Part shown: one piece after another, positions 1-6,295 of the stretch | How positions within the stretch are numbered: the first letter of the stretch is position 1 | Layout: every line of letters starts with the position of its first letter | From: a virus | IMG/VR virus record: IMGVR_UViG_3300005882_000010 | DNA: 34,315 bases | Strand: one strand, 5' to 3' | Program-made: the position numbers and the translations under genes | The notes under the pieces: model-generated | Told to the model about the DNA's origin: nothing | Databases searched by the model: none | Seen by the model: the letters and a program-made list of their open reading frames with translations, nothing else

Positions 1-99
1 ACCCAAAAAGCCAGAACCTAAGCCAAAGAAAAAGCGCAAATGATAGAGATTGTATCGCCATACATAGACACGGTTGCCGTTTTTATTGCAATGGCGATG
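1..99. repeat. Terminal direct repeat, copy 1 (identical to 34217..34315). Assembly overlap of a circular or circularly permuted genome.
   Basis: Bases 1-99 (acccaaaaagccagaacc...attgcaatggcgatg) recur exactly at 34217-34315. The NinG-like ORF end and the start of the next ORF lie inside the repeat. Confidence 0.95.
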
Positions 100-510
100 C
101 TTTCTATTGCCCAAACAAAAACATCTCTTATAACTGCTTGCGAGTTTGTAGCATACAACCTTTATTCTTTTGTAATATACAAACTTGAGATAACAAGCCC
201 CATGTTATGGTATGGATTTGTTCTAATTCCGTACATTTCCTGCCATTTTCACGTGATTTGCACAAGTCACAGGCTTGTAGTAGCGTCATTTTTTATTCCT
301 TTCGTTTATAATTTAGTTGTTAGCTACGAATGGCAAACGGGGAATTATGGGATATTCGATTACTATTACACCTATGCAATGTGGGCAGCAATGCTTATGC
401 AGCTACTCACAACAGCGATATACGGCGGTCTAAAAGATGGACTACTACGCTGGGGTAGGAACATTGCTGATCGGAATATTCCTTATCTACGGATTAATGC
501 AGGTAGCTAA
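40..510 (+). CDS. Integral membrane protein (about 4-5 hydrophobic helices), function unknown
   Basis: 156-aa ORF. Its ATG overlaps the NinG-like stop (ATGA at 40-43). Several long hydrophobic segments. Sits directly upstream of the lysis genes. Confidence 0.7.
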   Translation: MIEIVSPYIDTVAVFIAMAMLSIAQTKTSLITACEFVAYNLYSFVIYKLEITSPMLWYGFVLIPYISCHFHVICTSHRLVVASFFIPFVYNLVVSYEWQTGNYGIFDYYYTYAMWAAMLMQLLTTAIYGGLKDGLLRWGRNIADRNIPYLRINAGS

Positions 511-518
511 GGCGTTTA

Positions 519-965
519 ATGATGACTCCTGACGATTTCGAAAGATTCTCGCAGTTGATTAGCCGAAGAGACGAAGAGCACGCTAAGCGCCAAGATAGAT
601 TCGAGCAAGCCATTTCAAAGAGCATGGATAAGCTCGCAGACCAAATGGGTAGGCTTAGCGACTCAGTTATAACAATGACCGCCGAGAATAAGAATATCAG
701 AGAGGACATTCACCGATTTGAAGAGCACCAAAAGAAGCAAGGCGCAGAGCTTAGGGAATTAAAGGAAAAGATAATCCCTGATTTAGACAAAAAGGTCGAG
801 AAGAATTCAGATATCCGGCGCGGTATATTATGGGTATCAACCATCGTTGTAGGCGTAATCATTACCGCGTGGCTAGGAATGCAAATAAACCAGATAACAA
901 AGAAAGACGAAATAACATCAGCAATCGAAAGACTGGCTAAGTCAATTGAAGAGGGCAAGAAATGA
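519..965 (+). CDS. Coiled-coil protein with a single C-terminal TM helix. Possibly a lysis-associated membrane protein.
   Basis: 148-aa ORF, charged and helical, with the TM-like segment GILWVSTIVVGVIITAWLGM. Its stop overlaps the endolysin start. Confidence 0.7.
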   Translation: MMTPDDFERFSQLISRRDEEHAKRQDRFEQAISKSMDKLADQMGRLSDSVITMTAENKNIREDIHRFEEHQKKQGAELRELKEKIIPDLDKKVEKNSDIRRGILWVSTIVVGVIITAWLGMQINQITKKDEITSAIERLAKSIEEGKK

Positions 966-1387
966 ATCAATATAGCCAACGCTCAAGAAGTCGATTGAAC
1001 ACCTGCCATCCTGACCTACAGAGGTTATTCGAGGCTGTATTGCAGGAATGCGACCACACTATAATCAGTGGCCACCGCGGCGAAGAAGAGCAAAACCAGC
1101 TATTCAGTCAGGGCTTGTCCCAATTGAAGTACCCCCAAAGCAAGCACAACACTACCATGTTGAACAGTGAGACCGGAACCTATTTCCCAGAGTCTCGCGC
1201 TGTCGATGTACTGCCATACTGCCAAAATACCAAGCGAATGATTAACGGCGATCAACCGGGGGATGTATTAAAAATCCTGGGTTTTGCCGCAAAGGTATTC
1301 CAGAAGGCTTGCGAATTGCGAATAGGCGTAAGATGGGGAGGTAACTGGAAGAATTTCAAGGATTATCCCCATTGGGAGCTGATATGA
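962..1387 (+). CDS. Endolysin, peptidase M15 (VanY / L-alanyl-D-glutamate peptidase-like) family
   Basis: Zn-peptidase M15 signature by eye: SGHRGEEEQ ... SKHN ... AVDV ... DYPHWEL. Sits in a lysis-cassette context. Confidence 0.85.
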   Translation: MNQYSQRSRSRLNTCHPDLQRLFEAVLQECDHTIISGHRGEEEQNQLFSQGLSQLKYPQSKHNTTMLNSETGTYFPESRAVDVLPYCQNTKRMINGDQPGDVLKILGFAAKVFQKACELRIGVRWGGNWKNFKDYPHWELI

Positions 1388-1647
1388 CAGACCAAGAATT
1401 AGCAGAAGAGGCAATTAATCGCATGAATGACGGCGCGAAGACTATAAGGGTAAACATCAATAGCTTGCTGCTGGATTGCGACATTGAGCCATACGGAAGC
1501 GGAACGTATAAAATTGAATGGTGCGATGGTGAGCCAATGAGCCAAGATGAAGTCACCAAGGTATTTGCTCTAAATCATAATGATGTCGTTGAGAAGCTAG
1601 GCGGCTATCCTCAGTGGCTGCCCACCAAGAAGAAGGGCAAGAAATGA
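1384..1647 (+). CDS. Hypothetical protein in the lysis cassette
   Basis: ATG at 1384 overlaps the endolysin stop (ATGA). The ORF-track start at 1372 is a non-ATG codon. Confidence 0.65.
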   Translation: MTDQELAEEAINRMNDGAKTIRVNINSLLLDCDIEPYGSGTYKIEWCDGEPMSQDEVTKVFALNHNDVVEKLGGYPQWLPTKKKGKK

Positions 1648-1871
1648 AAACTAAACTCAAGGGCGCTTTACGCTCCAAAACGATTAAGTTCAACGCTGTA
1701 ATTGTGCCAGTATTTGCCATGATTGAGCAGAATTTCGGGCTTTTACAGTCATTAATCGGCAACAAATGGTACGGTGTGGCGTTTATGCTTGTATCAGCTG
1801 TGAATATTTATCTGCGGTCTATCACGACCGAATCACTGGAAACCAAGGGCAATGACCAACTACTGCGATGA
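1644..1871 (+). CDS. Putative holin (small protein with two TM helices)
   Basis: ATG at 1644 overlaps the upstream stop (ATGA). Product is 75 aa, MKTKLKGALRSKTIKFNAVIVPVFAM...GVAFMLVSAVNIYL, with two hydrophobic helices. It lies between the endolysin and the spanins. Confidence 0.55.
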   Translation: MKTKLKGALRSKTIKFNAVIVPVFAMIEQNFGLLQSLIGNKWYGVAFMLVSAVNIYLRSITTESLETKGNDQLLR

Positions 1872-2224
1872 AGTCAAATTTAAAAAACAACTTAAATTTC
1901 TGCTTAAAGTTTGCGCTTTTATTGCTTTTTGTCTTATTGCGGGAATTATTTATCATGTTTAAATCAATCTGGTTAAAAGTATCTGCCGTACTTGCTGCTG
2001 TAGCTGGCTTTCTATTCATGTTATTGAAGCTCGAACGGCACAAGCGCAAGGAGGCTGAAGTAAAGGCCGAAATAGCCGAAAAGTCAGAAGAAATAACCGA
2101 ATACATGGCAGATGTGAAAGAATCCGAGCAAGTGCGGGAACAGAAAGAGATTGAGCGAAAAGCTCAGGAGGTGCGAAATGCGGGTAATATTGTTGATATT
2201 AATGATCGGATTAACGGGCTGTAG
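1868..2224 (+). CDS. i-spanin (Rz-like): N-terminal TM plus a charged coiled coil
   Basis: TM segment IWLKVSAVLAAVAGFLFMLL followed by a KRKEAEVKAEIAEKSEE... coiled coil. ATG 1868 overlaps the upstream stop. ATG 1955 (MFKSIW) is an alternative start. The o-spanin gene begins inside its 3' end. Confidence 0.7.
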   Translation: MKSNLKNNLNFCLKFALLLLFVLLRELFIMFKSIWLKVSAVLAAVAGFLFMLLKLERHKRKEAEVKAEIAEKSEEITEYMADVKESEQVREQKEIERKAQEVRNAGNIVDINDRINGL

Positions 2225-2459
2225 CACGACCAAACTAGTCAATGTTCACAAGCCTCTGAGCTTCACTAAAGAACAGTGTAACCCGCGCTTGCCGTCTGAA
2301 TACAAGCGCCAAATCCTACCTAGCAGAGAAGGCGAGACGGTAGAACTTGAAAAGGCACGAAAGCAGGACGTGTTATTAGTCGCGGATTTCTATAAAGCAA
2401 AAATCACCACTTTATGCAATATCGCAGCCGAGCATGATAAAATACACTCCAACAACTGA
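2178..2459 (+). CDS. o-spanin (Rz1-like outer-membrane lipoprotein)
   Basis: MRVILLILMIGLTGCSTT carries a lipobox (LTGC). A strong SD, AGGAGG (2166-2171), lies 6 nt before ATG 2178. The gene starts in an alternative frame within the i-spanin 3' end (overlapped architecture). Confidence 0.8.
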   Translation: MRVILLILMIGLTGCSTTKLVNVHKPLSFTKEQCNPRLPSEYKRQILPSREGETVELEKARKQDVLLVADFYKAKITTLCNIAAEHDKIHSNN

Positions 2460-2500
2460 CCCACTGACCACGCGATGCAGGGCAACCTGGTTGCTGGGAG

Positions 2501-2526
2501 AAAAGGCCGCTTAACTGCGGTTTTTT
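2501..2526 (+). terminator. Rho-independent terminator candidate after the lysis cassette
   Basis: aaaaggCCGCttaactGCGGtttttt: a GC stem extended by A/T pairing, then a T6 run. A small hairpin, GCAAC-ctg-GTTGC, precedes it at 2482-2494. Confidence 0.6.
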
Positions 2527-2601
2527 CATATGTTAAAATAAGACTAACAACTAACCCATCTCTTCTGTGTGGCTTGACTATCTGAAGGCTGGGGGAATTA
2601 G

Positions 2602-2623
2602 CCGACTAATCAGTCGGTTTTTT
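2602..2623 (+). terminator. Rho-independent terminator (second of a tandem pair)
   Basis: CCGACT-aatc-AGTCGG (6-bp stem) followed by TTTTTT. Confidence 0.7.
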
Positions 2624-2630
2624 CATTTCT

Positions 2631-2671
2631 CAACTGGTCGGATCACATAATTTTAAAATCCTTGTTATATT
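2631..2671 (+). promoter_or_regulatory. Motif copy S1 (CAACTGGTCGGAT, core 2633-2642) plus the -10-like hexamer TATATT (2666-2671). Candidate promoter of the accessory cassette.
   Basis: One of five co-oriented copies of ACTGGTCGGA. The core ends 23 nt before the -10-like hexamer and 69 nt before ATG 2712. It lies immediately after the terminator at 2602-2623. Confidence 0.5.
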
Positions 2672-2711
2672 TAAAGCTCAATTAATTAAGATAATCAAAG
2701 AGGGCAATGCT

Positions 2712-3032
2712 ATGTCACAACCAAAAACCATTAAAATTGATAACATTGAGTATGTTCGTTCAGACTCAGTATCTGTAGCGCCAACGAAAAAACAAATCGT
2801 TGTATTGCAGCGCGGCTGGGTAGTTGTTGGAGATGTTGAGAAAACGCCGGAAGAAGTAAAGATCTCAAATTGCTCAGTAATTAGAATTTGGGGTACGTCG
2901 AATGGCTTAGGCGAGATTGCTGAAAGCGGGCCAACTTCAAAAACCAAGCTCGATAAATGTCCGGATGTTATTGTGCATCCCCTTTCTGTAGTCTTATACA
3001 TGAACGTAAACGAGGAAAAATGGAATGGTTGA
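2712..3032 (+). CDS. Hypothetical protein, first gene of a two-gene accessory cassette
   Basis: 106-aa ORF with the purine-rich stretch agaggg upstream. Its stop (3030-3032) overlaps the start of the repeat-protein gene (ATG 3025). Confidence 0.75.
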   Translation: MSQPKTIKIDNIEYVRSDSVSVAPTKKQIVVLQRGWVVVGDVEKTPEEVKISNCSVIRIWGTSNGLGEIAESGPTSKTKLDKCPDVIVHPLSVVLYMNVNEEKWNG

Positions 3033-3336
3033 TATAGAGGGATTTGCGGTTAAAATAAACGGCGACGCCGACGGCTACGGCGACGGATACGGCTACGGCG
3101 ACGGCTCAGGCGGCGGATACGGCTCAGGCTACGGCGACGCCGACGGCTACGGCTACGGCGGCGGCTACGGCGACGGATACGGCTACGGCGACGGCTCAGG
3201 CGGCGGATACGGCTCAGGCTACGGCGACGCCGACGGCTACGGCTACGGCGACGGCTCAGGCTACGGCTCAGGCTACGGCTACGCCGACGACGGCTGGCAA
3301 CTGGTCGGATTTCTTAAACCTCAAAAATCATTATAA
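3025..3336 (+). CDS. Gly/Tyr/Asp low-complexity tandem-repeat protein
   Basis: 103-aa ORF. About 75 residues are G-Y-G / G-D-G / G-S-G repeats with 17 Tyr. Short non-repetitive ends: MVDIEGFAVKING... and ...DDGWQLVGFLKPQKSL. Translationally overlapped with the upstream gene. Confidence 0.7.
   Translation: MVDIEGFAVKINGDADGYGDGYGYGDGSGGGYGSGYGDADGYGYGGGYGDGYGYGDGSGGGYGSGYGDADGYGYGDGSGYGSGYGYADDGWQLVGFLKPQKSL
3061..3290 (+). repeat. GC-rich in-frame tandem repeat. A perfect 89-nt duplication (3072-3160 = 3162-3250, period 90 nt) lies on a short-period ggctac/ggcgac background.
   Basis: Direct comparison of the sequence lines. The two copies are separated by a single base, g3161. Codon choice is almost only GGC/TAC/GAC/TCA/GCC. 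GC content is far above the flanks. Confidence 0.9.
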
Positions 3337-3337
3337 T
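3298..3337 (+). promoter_or_regulatory. Motif copy S5 (CAACTGGTCGGATTTCTT, core 3300-3309) plus consensus -10 TATAAT (3332-3337). Candidate promoter for 3373..3666.
   Basis: The motif lies inside the 3' end of the repeat-protein ORF. TATAAT starts 22 nt after the core, and ATG 3373 follows 63 nt after the core. Confidence 0.5.
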
Positions 3338-3372
3338 AAGTCACATAGGGTTAACGAACGGGGTAACGAACA

Positions 3373-3666
3373 ATGGCTAAATGTAAAACTGTATGGTCTG
3401 GCTCAGATAGCTACGGTCGTAGCGTAGAAGTTGCGGAATCTGTAAATGGTAGTTTTTTCTTTAGAGTTTCCGAACGTACCCGCTATGGCTTGCAGTGGTC
3501 TAAGTGGCAGTCACACGAGCCAACTTTTGAAACTCACGGTGTTAATCAAAGCGACAACTGTCCGGAGCATGAGCGCGTTTTCGAGTACAGCGAACCCCAA
3601 ATGTTTTGTGGCTTCAATAAGATGGAAAAGCACGACAAAGCGCCTAACTACAGACTGCCCTATTAA
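3373..3666 (+). CDS. Hypothetical protein
   Basis: 97-aa ORF, the only long frame here. Preceded by gggtaacgaacaATG. No recognisable family. Confidence 0.65.
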   Translation: MAKCKTVWSGSDSYGRSVEVAESVNGSFFFRVSERTRYGLQWSKWQSHEPTFETHGVNQSDNCPEHERVFEYSEPQMFCGFNKMEKHDKAPNYRLPY

Positions 3667-3673
3667 AGGTTTA

Positions 3674-3822
3674 CCGCCCCAGCCTAACCAAGATTGTGTG
3701 AACATCGCTAGTGCATGCTGTGGAAGGTGGTCAAAGGCGATGCGGCTGGGGTGGTGATTAAGCTAGTTAGTCACCAATTTCGTGTCATGCCAGTCTACCC
3801 CTACTGGTGGTGCAAAAAGGGG
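3674..3822 (+). ncRNA. Candidate structured RNA segment: nested long-range helices, a 9-bp hairpin and a possible H-type pseudoknot
   Basis: An 11-bp helix 3674-3684/3744-3754 (one G-U) encloses a 6-bp helix 3703-3708/3737-3742. Hairpin GGTGATTAA-gctag-TTAGTCACC at 3753-3775. CCAGT/ACTGG (3790-3794/3803-3807), whose loop CCCCT (3798-3802) can pair with AGGGG (3818-3822). No credible ORF. Pairings found by eye only. Confidence 0.35.
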
Positions 3823-3892
3823 CACTTAATTTAAGCTCATCTGACACGTTTAGAGTGAGTTTCGGAATCGTTAAACGGTTCCAGTGGTTTAT

Positions 3893-4004
3893 GCGAGAGA
3901 GTTAGTCAAATCTGAGGTATTGATTTACCAATGGCTAATGGGTGAAAGGTGGAGTCTACCATGCCTGACCATCTTTGCAGGTTCGATTCCTGCCTCTCGC
4001 TCCA
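3893..4004 (+). ncRNA. tRNA-like element: perfect 7-bp acceptor stem, canonical T-arm, discriminator T and encoded CCA, around a non-canonical 77-nt core
   Basis: GCGAGAG (3893-3899) pairs perfectly with CTCTCGC (3994-4000). T-arm is GCAGG-TTCGATT-CCTGC (3977-3993), then T-CCA (4001-4004). The total of 112 nt is too long for a tRNA. I found no 5-bp stem with a 7-nt loop that could be an anticodon arm. Confidence 0.5.
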
Positions 4005-4195
4005 AATATAGGCAATATACCATGAATAGAGATGAGAACCATCGTCGAGCCAGAAGAATAGTAAGTAGCTGGCCCAAATGGAAAAGGGAGGTTTCTTTAA
4101 CCAAACACTCTCTACGTTTAAATTGTGCAGCGAAAACTGGAGATAAAGCATTAACATGATGCGAGTCTGCGAAGGCGAGTAGCTGCATTACCTTT

Positions 4196-4224
4196 TTTTC
4201 ATCTTATAGCCTTTCTGGTATAAT
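4196..4224 (+). promoter_or_regulatory. Sigma70-type promoter candidate with extended -10 (TTTTCA - 17 nt - TGgTATAAT)
   Basis: TGGTATAAT at 4216-4224 matches TGnTATAAT. The -35-like TTTTCA is at 4196-4201. It precedes ATG 4248, which has the SD-like sequence gagagg. Confidence 0.5.
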
Positions 4225-4247
4225 ATCCTCACTATTCAGAGAGGTTT

Positions 4248-4433
4248 ATGTTCATGAGTAAGTCACTATATAAGCATATCAGCAAAGAAGATAAAAAGCG
4301 CCATTTCTCAAACGAGCTATGGGGCGGCAAGGGCGATTGCAGATTTAGAGGCAGACGCTCAAACGATGAAGTATCCGAAGAGCTGGATAACTACCGCAAG
4401 AACTACGATTTAATTGATTGGTCTAAAAAGTAA
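4248..4433 (+). CDS. Hypothetical small basic protein
   Basis: 61-aa ORF, SD-like gagagg 5 nt upstream, downstream of the extended -10 promoter candidate. Confidence 0.6.
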   Translation: MFMSKSLYKHISKEDKKRHFSNELWGGKGDCRFRGRRSNDEVSEELDNYRKNYDLIDWSKK

Positions 4434-4466
4434 CAATCAAGCCCCTTTACTATAGGAGATACGGCG

Positions 4467-4643
4467 ATGAAAGAAGATTTGATAAGTAAAATCATATCAT
4501 GCGACAAGTGTGAAAAGACCACATCATCGATAAATATGTGCGTTGTGCATGCTATAGAATGGACATGCATGACACTAGTAAAAAATAACTATGGTTTTGA
4601 TGAGTTTTGTGTGGACAATATGGAGATTGATACCAATGGCTAA
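4467..4643 (+). CDS. Hypothetical Cys-rich small protein (58 aa, below the ORF-track cutoff)
   Basis: My own translation: MKEDLISKIISCDKCEKTTSSINMCVVHAIEWTCMTLVKNNYGFDEFCVDNMEIDTNG*. SD aggag lies 8 nt upstream. The stop overlaps ATG 4636 of the next gene (ATGGCTAA). Confidence 0.5.
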   Translation: MKEDLISKIISCDKCEKTTSSINMCVVHAIEWTCMTLVKNNYGFDEFCVDNMEIDTNG

Positions 4644-4968
4644 GACACGCGCACAGCAAAACAGAACTATACGACAAGAGGCTCTCAGGGAGCAATTATC
4701 TCAGCAAAAGCACATCGAGAAAGTTGTTGATAATATTGTGGAAATGGAAAAGCTGGATTTCTTCAAAAAGGGGGATAATGGCAAAATTGACTATAAAGTG
4801 GCGCAATCCACTAAATTTAGGTTAGATGCACTAAGAGCAGCTAACGAGCAGCGCCTTAAACTGATTAATAAATACTTGCCTGACCTTAAGAACACTGAGA
4901 TAACAGGTGAAGGTGGCGGTTCAATTACTATTAAAGTAACGGAGTACGGATCATCAGACGATGATTGA
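4636..4968 (+). CDS. Putative terminase small subunit
   Basis: 110-aa helical, charged protein (MAKTRAQQNRTIRQEALREQL...NKYLPDLK) immediately upstream of TerL and overlapping it. The internal ATG 4636 is chosen because it is coupled to the upstream ORF stop. Confidence 0.55.
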   Translation: MAKTRAQQNRTIRQEALREQLSQQKHIEKVVDNIVEMEKLDFFKKGDNGKIDYKVAQSTKFRLDALRAANEQRLKLINKYLPDLKNTEITGEGGGSITIKVTEYGSSDDD

Positions 4969-6295
4969 AATCTCTATTCCTAATCAATGGGAGCCTAGAC
5001 CGCATCAGCTTCCATTCTTTAAAGCGATGGACTCAGGAAAGAAGCGAGCCTGTTTAGTGTGGCATAGACGGGCGGGAAAGGACTCATCTGTTTTAAACTT
5101 CACAGCTAAGGAAATGTTTAAACGTGTCGGTAACTACTGGCACCTATTCCCCAAGCAACGGCAAGCCCGAAAGGCAATCTGGAATGGTATTGACGGATAC
5201 GGCCGAAAGATAATCAACCAGGTATTCCCCAAAGAAGTCGTAAAGCGCCAAGACACTACAGAGATGATGATTGAGCTGGTGAATGGCTCAACGTGGCAAT
5301 TATGCGGCTCTGATAACTATGACTCACTGGTGGGGGCTAACCCTGTTGGCGTTGTATTCTCCGAGTGGTCATTATGTGACCCCAATGCGTGGAACTATGT
5401 TCGCCCAATGCTTGCCGAGAATGGAGGCTGGGCAATATTTATTTATACGGCTCGTGGTAAGAATCACGGGTACACGCTGTATAACATGGCAAAAAATAAC
5501 CCTGAGTGGCATTGTGAGCTATTAACCGTCAATGACACGAGAAGGGAGGACGGTTCGCCAGTTATAGGGCCGGAGATAATACAGGCCGAGCGTGACGAGG
5601 GAATGAGTGAGGAAATGATTCAGCAGGAGTATTATTGTTCCTTCGATGCTCAGATACCTGGAGCTATTTACGCCATGCAATTATCAGCAGCAAGGGACGA
5701 CGGGCGAATCACTCGGCTACCTATCGACCCAGCATTGGAAGTGCATACCGCATGGGATTTGGGCATATCGGATGCTATGTCGCTGTGGTTCTTTCAAGCT
5801 ATCGGCAAAGAGATACGCCTTGTTCACTACTACGAGGACCACAACAAAGGCATGGAGCACTACGCTCAATACTTGCAGGAGTTCAAATTAAAACACGGTA
5901 TTCAGTACGGAGAGCATCTAGCGCCGCACGATATTGAGGTTAGAGAGCTAACCAGCGGCAGAAGCAGGAAAGAGATAGCTCGCGATATGGGCATCATGTT
6001 CAGGACTGTGGAGCGGCCCAAGACCAAATCAGAAGGGCATCAGGCAGTCAGAAAGATATTTCCTATGCTGTGGATTGACGACCATAGAGCCGAGTTGGGA
6101 TTGTCTTGTTTGTCTGAGTATCAGTATGAATGGGACGACAAGAAGAAGGTGTTTAAGGACAATCCGCTACACAACTGGGCGTCTCATGGTGCTGACGCAT
6201 TGCAAACCCTTGCGTTAGGCTGGCGCGAAAGAATGGTATCAGGCAGGCCAAAGCCACAGCCATCTCAAATGAAGGTCAATATCAATGTCTGGTGA
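4961..6295 (+). CDS. terL: Terminase large subunit
   Basis: 444 aa. Walker A-like WHRRAGKDS, then VVFSEW (Walker B-like) and a C-terminal nuclease-type region (TAWDLGISD...). Typical position upstream of the portal. Confidence 0.9.
   Translation: MIEISIPNQWEPRPHQLPFFKAMDSGKKRACLVWHRRAGKDSSVLNFTAKEMFKRVGNYWHLFPKQRQARKAIWNGIDGYGRKIINQVFPKEVVKRQDTTEMMIELVNGSTWQLCGSDNYDSLVGANPVGVVFSEWSLCDPNAWNYVRPMLAENGGWAIFIYTARGKNHGYTLYNMAKNNPEWHCELLTVNDTRREDGSPVIGPEIIQAERDEGMSEEMIQQEYYCSFDAQIPGAIYAMQLSAARDDGRITRLPIDPALEVHTAWDLGISDAMSLWFFQAIGKEIRLVHYYEDHNKGMEHYAQYLQEFKLKHGIQYGEHLAPHDIEVRELTSGRSRKEIARDMGIMFRTVERPKTKSEGHQAVRKIFPMLWIDDHRAELGLSCLSEYQYEWDDKKKVFKDNPLHNWASHGADALQTLALGWRERMVSGRPKPQPSQMKVNINVW

Noticed and set aside
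3061-3290. Tandem repeats as a CRISPR array or non-coding satellite
   Set aside because: The repeats are contiguous with no spacers. They stay in frame (units are multiples of 3, with a 90-nt super-period) inside an ORF that has a coupled start. This is a coding low-complexity repeat.
3446-3757. 103-aa alternative-frame ORF overlapping 3373..3666 and extending into the structured region (also 3511..3705 on the minus strand)
   Set aside because: It is nested in another frame of a better-supported ORF, and it has no RBS. Its 3' part coincides with the long-range helix arms.
3667-4004. tmRNA (one-piece or permuted) interpretation of the structured region plus the tRNA-like end
   Set aside because: The perfect 5' acceptor strand lies only about 100 nt upstream of the T-arm, not about 300 nt. 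The third acceptor pair is G-C rather than the G-U alanine identity pair. I found no tag-like reading frame ending in a typical ...AA stop. The downstream GCGAGT repeats (4161, 4175) match only 5 of 7 acceptor positions. This should still be tested with ARAGORN or Infernal.
3977-4004. attP site (tRNA 3' end) implying a temperate phage
   Set aside because: No tyrosine or serine recombinase, excisionase or CI-like repressor ORF is recognisable anywhere in the 34.2-kb unit. It is kept only as a minor alternative in the tRNA-like finding.
3884-4188. Three overlapping ORFs of 83-91 aa (3884..4159 +, 3906..4157 -, 3925..4188 -) in the non-coding island
   Set aside because: They overlap each other on both strands and run straight through the tRNA-like acceptor and T-arm. 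They have no SD in front of their starts, and their products look like random basic, low-complexity sequence. The region is better explained as non-coding.
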